The position numbers and the translations under genes were made by a program. From Veleropilina oligotropha (taxonomy: Eukaryota), in the NCBI GenBank assembly GCA_048128005.1, contig JBEUKZ010000109.1, positions 185,344 through 205,343 on the forward strand: a stretch of DNA of 20,000 nt, given 5' to 3'. Shown here one piece after another: positions 12,417-20,000 of the stretch (the stretch's first letter is position 1; the number at the start of each line of letters is the position of its first letter). The notes beneath the pieces were generated by a model, which had not been told where the DNA came from, did not search any database, and saw only the letters and a program-made list of their open reading frames with translations.

Positions 12417-12683
12417 GCCGTTTCGACAGTACAGTGGTACGTTTGTGGTTTCTGAAAATCACTGACATGATTCCGCTGACGCGAACAGTAGTGGGTTCGA
12501 TCCCCGGCTGAGGCATCACACATTTGTTCAAGCTATGAATCACAGTTGTCCGTGACTAGTCGAAGAGGGCGGGTTTACCCGGGCGACCGGGCGTTCCTCC
12601 CGCGATAATACGGACATGGCCTGCTTTGAAGCAAATGATGGTTGGAAATATACAGGACATTAAGCATCGACCCTTTCCTTTCT
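12417..12683 (+). mobile_element. tRNA-derived SINE, family A, with degenerate TSD
   Basis: A-box-like CAGTGGTA, B box GGTTCGATCCC, a central GGGTTTACCCGGGCGACCGG..TTCCTCCC (V-SINE-domain-like) and a CTTT tail. It is flanked by TTCATAACTGGCC (12400) and TTCATAACTGACC (12684). Confidence 0.9.
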
Positions 12684-12940
12684 TTCATAACTGACCGAAA
12701 AGAGTGTGTTTCCCGGCGACCGGACTCGTATAAATAAACGAATATCTATCTCTTATCAAACAACCTTTTTATGTGATGGCATTATCTAAAACTTGGATAG
12801 AAACTGATGATGACACTGAGTTATACTCAATCCAGAATTACACACTCGCGATCAACCAAAACTGGAGGCGGCGTTGGATTGTACATTAAAGACAATATTA
12901 CATATAACATAAGATCAGATATTAACATTTTTCCAGATGA

Positions 12941-13205
12941 GGAGGAGGAGGAGGAATGATGCTTAATGTCCTGTATATTTACAACATCGAGGTTCAAGGC
13001 AGGACATGTCTGTGTTATCGCGGGAGGAAACCCCGGTCGCCCGGGTAAACCCGCCCTCTTCGGCCAGTGACGGACAACTGTGATTCATAACTTGAACAAA
13101 TTCCAATGCCTCAGCCAGGTATTGAACCCACTACTCTTCGCATTATCGGAATCAAGCCAGTGAAGTTAGAGTGGACACTCTACCCACTGCGTTGCCGAAG
13201 CGGCC
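12941..13205 (-). mobile_element. tRNA-derived SINE, family A, with perfect 12-bp TSD
   Basis: Reverse-complement homolog of 12417-12683 with a (TCC)n tail. The TSD TTTTCCAGATGA is at 12929-12940 and 13206-13217. Confidence 0.92.
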
Positions 13206-13236
13206 TTTTCCAGATGACATTCAATCATTGTATATA

Positions 13237-13440
13237 CTAGCTATTGGTACCCGTCTTCGCCGGGCAAGTCCCCCCACCCCAATTTTTTTTTTTTTTTTGG
13301 ATAGTGCTCCCTTAAATATTTTTTTTTTTTCCCGAATTTTCCGAATTTTTTTCGTGGTAAACCTTCCTTGGGGGACCCCGATTAACCCCCCAAAGTTTGA
13401 AGGTCCTAGGTCAAGGCGTCTGGGAGGAGTTCAACTTGAA

Positions 13441-13471
<31 letters not shown>

Positions 13472-13494
13472 ATTATAGCTCCATTATATTAAGA
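13237..13494 (-). mobile_element. Non-autonomous Helitron with internal (CA)n microsatellite
   Basis: The minus strand has a 5' end A|TCTTAATATAATGG, a 3' hairpin CCCG-GCGAAGA-CGGG and then TACCAATAGCTAG|T. It has an A|T target and no TSD, with (AC)n at 13441-13468. Confidence 0.8.
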
Positions 13495-13635
13495 TAGAAA
13501 TTGTACAAAACATATCAAAAAATGTATTATATGATGTTGTTTATATACCTCATAGTCATGACATATCCACAGAAAACATTACTAGCCAGTTTGCTATAAT
13601 TTATAAGGAAGACAACAACGTTATAATATCTGGAG

Positions 13636-14190
13636 ATAGAGGATATCGAACGAGTGTCCATTTCATATGAGAATTATGAAACGATTCGGGCACAATTTAT
13701 GTACCGAGCCTTGGCGAGGTACATAAATTTGCTGACGAGTTTCATAATTCTCATATGAAATGGAAACAAGTTTGATATGTTCTTTATCACATGACTTTAT
13801 TTACCTTTAAACTTATTTTATTGCGCTTTTAATCTCATTTCTTTACGTTTTAAAACTAATTTATGTCAGTACTTTCAGCCATAAATTGCCATGCCCCAGA
13901 CGCATCACGCATCGAAAGCACGCGTCACGCCAGTACGCCAATAAAAAATAGTTCAACATCTTTGCTTTGTCAGTAATCGACGTGTCAACGCGTATATGAA
14001 TTATTCAATATGTTACTGAGGACGATGCGCCGCCTAATCAGCTTGGCGCCAGATGGGACGACCGGGCGTCATGCCCGCCCTCATTTGTATACTTATGAGA
14101 CGTGTCTTTTGTATCGAAATTTATGGAACGGCTTCTACCGTTCCATAACAGGTTATTGGATTCATATGTAACATATACAGACGGCGGAAT
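13636..14190. mobile_element. Palindrome-bearing non-autonomous element, possibly Crypton-like; right end uncertain
   Basis: An imperfect palindrome of about 150 bp (13636-13787) centred on GAGCCTTGGCGA, plus a second hairpin at 14121-14148. The family is assigned by architecture only. Confidence 0.4.
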
Positions 14191-14194
14191 ACGA

Positions 14195-16366
14195 AAAGAC
14201 AATATTCCAAAACTGACGCTTGGGGAAATTTATTATCCACAACCAACATCAACAAAGCTTATGAAGCATTCATGGAAGCATTTAATAACGTATTATATAC
14301 AACACCAATAATATGCCCCTAAAAGGATTTAAGGCTAACAGGAGAACTGATTTTTCTAAACCATATATGACCAATAGTCACGTGATATCTTCAAAGCGCA
14401 AAAATAAATTATATAGGAATTACTTAAATAACAAAACTCAATCGAACCGTGATAAATACACATTGTCACATCCTACAAAAGCAAACTAACTCATTTAATC
14501 CGAATATCTAAATCTAGAAACAATGCTGAACGCACGAAACAAGATCTCAAACAAACATGGATAGAAATCAAACATATACTTAACAAAAACAGAACTAAAA
14601 ATAATATATCAAAGACATTCATTCATAAAGATAAAACTGTATCTCATCCAACAGAATTAGCCAGTCATTTTATGAATATTCTATCAATATCGCTAATTAA
14701 TTTTCTAATGTATCGATAAAAAGAATTTACTTCTGGCATATTCATTGAACTCTCAAAAGCATTTAACACTATTGACCATACTATAATGTTAAAATGCTTC
14801 AGAATGTTGGTATACGGGGAACCCAGCTTGATTGGTTTAGGATTTGCCTGACAAATAGACAACAATATGTAATATATGAAAACTTAATCTGATCAAGTGT
14901 GGTGTTCCCCAAGGTTCAATATTGGTTCTCTATTATTTCTATTATATTTAAATGACATGTGCATTTCGTCGGCATTCATGAAATTTATATTATTCGCAGA
15001 TGATACGAATATTTTCTTTTCACATGCAAATCTAGAAATATTGACAAAGACAATTAATTCTGAGCTATAAAATCTCAGTATTTGGCTTAAAGCCAACAAA
15101 TTATCACTATTTATAAAAAGACTAATTATATCATGTTTTGTAATGAAATTTGTAAATGCGTAGCACAAAATATTAGCTTCAAAATGGATGAAACAGTTTT
15201 ATCGCGAGCGTCAACGACTAACTTTCTTGGGGTTCAAATTGATGAAAACATTGATTGGGCTATTCATATTTCTCACATAACTAATAATATTTCAAAATAT
15301 GCAAGCATAATCAATAGATTAAAAACTAAGGTTCCACTGCGACTATTGCGGACTTTATATTGCACATTAAGTTTACCATACTTATCTTATTGTAATATCG
15401 TTTAGCGCTTGGTCTCCTAACCATATTTGATCTGAATAGATTTCAACAGGCCAAATTTATGTTCTTCTACCACAGTCATCTACTACCTCCATGTTTTATT
15501 AATTATTTCGTACTTAATAATGAACTTCATGAACACTACACTAGATCTATCCATTTTTGGCATTCCGGAAAAAAAATTCTTATTTTCGATATTCAGAATT
15601 TGATAATGGTTTAAATTAACGCACTTGACACTTAAAAAGTTATTTAACATCACAATTATCGAAGTACTTCCTATGTAACTGTGAAAAATAGTTCAAAATC
15701 TGAAAGAAATATTTCATAAATATAATAGTTTTTCACATTCTCATAACTTTTTTCCTCAAATCGGATTTAAGAGGATTTTGGATATGTTATTGTAAACTAC
15801 CAATCAATAGTGAAAATTTCAACTGGACTAATCTAGTAAAAACTAACACACCAACAGCCATCGCATAAATATCAGAAAGTTATAATTAAAATTACTGGTC
15901 CAAAACTTTGGCATGCTTTACCCGAATCTATAAAACAATCACGCACTTTGCATATCTTTCTACAAACATACAAAATTTTACTAATTACAAAATATTTATC
16001 CATTAACACTTGGGCTGAATCCTTGAATGTCTACGTACATTATAATAGCTATGTCGTTCAACATCACCTTTATGTAACTTTATTAGTATTTACACATCGC
16101 TACTTTGATTTCATTTATTAATTATAAATATGAAAATGGTAGTCCGTCGTCTTAAAAGCTTCACGTGGTTTCTTTGACGGGCCCCCATGGTTATAAATAG
16201 TACTGAAAATATATTAATCCATGTACTTATTTTACAAACCAATATTACTTTGAATATCGCTTATGTTTTATATATTTATATCTAACTTGATGTATTATCA
16301 AATGTATATATTTAATTGTAATTTGTAACTTATAGGCTTAATAAACTTGATTGATTGATTGATTGA
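14195..16366 (+). mobile_element. Decayed 5'-truncated CR1-group (L2/Crack/Daphne-like) LINE
   Basis: ORF2 remnants: NKAYEAF, KPYMT...KRKNKLY, GIFIELSKAFNTIDH (~14735), KCGVPQGSIL..LLFLLYLND (~14894), FILFADDTN (~14984), WLKANKLSL, FLGVQIDENIDW and LYCTLSLPYLSYCNIV, with many indels. A likely 3' end is AATAAA plus (TTGA)n at 16340-16366. Whether 15660-16130 belongs to this element is uncertain. Confidence 0.85.
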
Positions 16367-17992
16367 ATCCACTGAGCAGGCTACAACTATATGACATCGT
16401 AATCGCATTTCTTATTTTGGCGCTTAGTTGTCAGATGAGTCTTTCATTGGGTCTTCATCCGCACTTGTCATTCAGCCAGAAAAATACACGTCACAGACAC
16501 CCCCAACGTCGACCCCTCTCCATTTAAACCCATTATCTATCCGTCTCTGTGCCACGGCAGTTTCTTGTAGATTTTTGGCTCAAATAATTTTATATTCCAG
16601 TGTACATCCAGGATCATATTGAGAAATATGTTTTTCTCAGGGGAAAACCCGGAATCTTCGGTGACACGCCCCTCATTATTGACGATCGTGATTGGTAATC
16701 GATTGAATTTAATGGATCTGGTTTCGTTTAAGACACTTTCAATTTGGTTGTATTGACAATAAAAATGAATGCGCACATATTAAATTGGCGCCGCTTTCAT
16801 GATGTCAGCTTATGTCAATGGGGCCGATCCAACCTGGTTTTAAGTCATTCCTTTGAACTTTATTTTAACTTCTCTTCATTATCTGAGAATATGAAAATTG
16901 TTCACACCTTAGTTCCGGGTTCCTCCAGCATTTGTATGGTGAGAAAGTAACTTCTTCATAATGTGAGGTTCATTGACGGTATTCGTTAATCACGATTCAT
17001 TAACCTTTCGTTATTTATACAAATGAAATCGATAAAAGTCCATGCGTGCAGATTTTACTACTTACTATGAATGACTATGGATGACATTGACCTTATGTTT
17101 CATATAATAGCGACGTCTCTCTTTGCTTATTCTGGAAGATTCCGATGCAAGACGTCACACGATGTTTGCTTTGATTAGTTCAACACATGCGTGCGCATTA
17201 AAGAAATATTAGTACATCTGCATATCCAACGTCTCGCCACTCCCACACATACACCGCCCACCCAACCCATAGTAACATGCATGGAGGAATTCTCTTTGTT
17301 ACACGGATTGGGGTAAAATACTTCCCTGGGCTTTGCCCAAACCACGTGCATGCATTGGCACATGGTCTCTAGAGAAAAGGCTATCAGCAGACTGATTCAT
17401 TCTACGCCAAACTTTGAGCGACAATTGAGATAATTCAGAATTATTATAACCTAATAAGCAATACAACCAAACTAATTATGGCGTAATTTATATGCATTGA
17501 TGCCGAAATAAGTTACTTGGAAAATCTACTTATATACGTTAGCATCAGTTTCAACTAGCACACATATTAAAAGAGGGTTAGTTTAGTGCACATGAATGGA
17601 ATATATTATGGTACATATAAACACATTGTCAAAATTAAGGTATTGGCGTTTTGGCCCGGGTGTGCGTCTTTTCCTGGTCTACCCTACTAGATGTTCGTTT
17701 ACTATTTATCTAATTTTCAGCATGCTTTATTATATAGATTTACACGGTCGATTTGATTTTGCCTCTTGTCGGAAGCTGAAATGTTATTTTCTGTTAGTTA
17801 TCCTAGTCTACGATACATATCTTATTTTCTATAATTTATTTTTTTCGTTGTTGAAAGAATACTATATTATGCTTTTAAATGCTAGTATATAATTAAATAA
17901 ATTGCTTGCAATAAATTGTTTACTTTCTTCCTCTAGAAAACACATGGTCCGTTCTACCGCTTAAAATAATAGAAGTTATATCCATAATATAT

Positions 17993-18095
17993 GTCGGTCA
18001 GATCGGAGTGAGACCTTAAACCGGGTGTCCCGACTACGATACGGCTGAAAAATGTCAAAAGTGGTCGTAAAACAATGTTTCCAACCAACCAACCA
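17993..18095 (+). mobile_element. 3' fragment of a SINE with (CCAA)n tail
   Basis: GAGACCTTAAACCGGGTGTCCC (Meta-domain-like), then ACGGCTGAAAAATGTCAAAAGTGGTCGTAAAACA, which resembles the 3' end of the SINE at 503-725, then CCAA repeats. Confidence 0.5.
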
Positions 18096-19149
18096 CCTAA
18101 ATGGGATACCACCTAAATATGCTTTGTCATACCTGTATATTGCATATGTTTGGTGTACTAAATATATGTTATGATGACGATATAGTTACAAACTTTGATT
18201 TCAATAGAAGCGAAAAGATATGCTCGCCATTCATAAGAAGTGGAAATCGCGACAATGCCTACACATAAACGACTTCATTGGTGATTCATTAATACACACA
18301 TAAAAGATTATACGCCATTATTTTGGCAAGTCTGCTCCACTAGGATACCAGTTTTCCAGAACCATTATTCATTATGGGTGGAATTTCACAACGATTAAAC
18401 AATTTCAGTTTAGATGTTAAAGTATTTTCGGTTGATCGGAAATTTTGTTTCAATCATGAAGCCATTCGTATAAAAGAGGTAAGATTGCAGAAATTATTAT
18501 ATTCAATGAGAAAATGTTTAAAATAACGAAACAAAGAACGTTAAGTTCGTGGTGGTCGGCTCTGATGAAGATTATATGCATGTGTAAGTCTTATGTACCA
18601 TTTTGATGGTTTGCCAGTACTTATAATAACGTTATTTTACAGGAATTGTTGATTTCTTGACATTGTGTTTATGAATCAACATCGCCAATAACTTATGACT
18701 GATGCTGTTTTGCCAAGAATATTAACTGTAGACCTACAACTACGCGAACAATCTTTTTCTATTTTAAATGCGAACATACGCATTTATAATTTTTCTTGAT
18801 ATAATGAACACATTGCCATGTTTCATGGTCATATTTTATTCGAAAAAAGTTTACAGAATAATCTATATTTATATAATAAATATAACAATATTAATAACGA
18901 TAAGAAGCTTCAACATTTGCATATTTTTACAACTATTCATCTTTATTTTCCGTCTTAACGTCTTTATTTTGTTGCTATATTGTATACTTATTTTCCGCCA
19001 TTCTTGTCGTTAATTCTGGTAAGACCGTTTGTTGTTTATAACTGTTTAATTTCGGTGCGAATACATATTCTTTATTCGTTTTATTGGCGAAAAGAATAAT
19101 TTATTCACGAAAAAAATATTTATTCACGAATCAAATATAATGACTGAAG

Positions 19150-19300
19150 CTGACATTCCATATATGCGGAATTAACCTGCGGCAATACGGCAACGGCATC
19201 CGGCAAAAATCGAAATGATTATTTAATGAAGGAGAGAGTCCATATATGCGTCAACGGCATCAGGCAACGGCATCCGGCAAAACGATGCCGTTGCCGCACG
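19150..19300. repeat. Patterned repeat, possible PIF/Harbinger-like MITE end
   Basis: TCCATATATGCG occurs twice (~19157, ~19238) and GGCAACGGCATCCGGCAAAA twice, and GATGCCGTTGCCG (~19284) is an inverted copy. I see no partner TIR. Confidence 0.45.
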
Positions 19301-19888
19301 GTTACCGGACGGGGAATTCCACATTATGACGTCATTTTAACGGCTTCACTAATCTTTCGGCGCCAAATTAAACCAACAACAGAACATGATAAAAGGTTTA
19401 TTCTCACTTTTCCCACTTTCACACCTCTACACATACTCCCTTGTCCCAATTTCAATTTATCCGATTACATTTTTTTTATTATGTAGCCTGTTGAACTGTG
19501 TTCACTTGACTATAGATTATATAAGAACAATAATGGAATTGGCGAATTGCATGTACTAGTATTTGCAAGTTGATATTTTTTATATGAAAGCGTTATCTGG
19601 AACATTTACAAGTTTTCACGATGTTAAGCAAGACAAATGTAGACTTATATGTCACAATATTTATCTTTTTCCTCAATGATTTCATATGTTGAACTACCGG
19701 TATGTTACCAACGATATTAATATTAGTAATCTATAGTCACCATATTTTTATAATTTTCGTTACTAGCCTACTTGATGATATAGTAGAATTCAACTAAGTA
19801 CTTATTAGACTTTCAGTATCTGAGCTTCAGAATCAGTACAAGTATTTGACCAGCTATGTCGTGTTGTGTTTACAGCGTGGGAAAATTT

Positions 19889-20000
19889 GAAAAGGAAAGG
19901 ATATAGATGCTGAATGTTCTGTATTTTTTAAACTATCATTTGGTTCAAAGCAGGACATGTCCATATTATCGCGAGAGGAAAGCCCGGGGAAACACGGCCT
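19889..20000 (-). mobile_element. tRNA-derived SINE, family A, 3' part (runs off window)
   Basis: GAAAAGGAAAGG...GATGCTGAATGTTCTGTATTTT...CAGGACATGTCCATATTATCGCGAGAGGAAA matches 12958-13035. Confidence 0.85.

Noticed and set aside
18560..18600. Another hammerhead core (CTGATGAAG)
   Set aside because: No stem II plus GAAA follows.
16400..19140. Short ORFs as host exons
   Set aside because: They are AT-biased, have no recognisable domains and show no convincing splice pattern. Small exons cannot be excluded without RNA-seq.

Overview
AT-rich, repeat-dominated eukaryotic DNA, probably from an invertebrate metazoan. I recognise no host gene; almost all the structure I can explain is transposable elements. 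The centrepiece is a nested stack at 5351-11716. A small non-autonomous Helitron, with both termini still intact, carries an internal (TA)n array that three unrelated elements have entered. The first is a young, 5'-truncated Penelope-like retroelement (PLE) with an open thumb/linker/GIY-YIG frame, 202-bp inverted pLTRs that each hold a minimal hammerhead ribozyme motif, and a 36-nt tail. The second is a decayed PLE of another family with its own hammerhead. The third is a 3.4-kb GGG...CCC TIR DNA transposon (possibly Sola2-like) with a dispersed 14-bp motif. Elsewhere are an internally deleted Academ-type transposon (2642-4843), two more mini-Helitrons, several tRNA-derived SINEs (two with TSDs), a roughly 150-bp palindromic element and a decayed CR1-group LINE. 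All family names come from motif recognition, not database searches.
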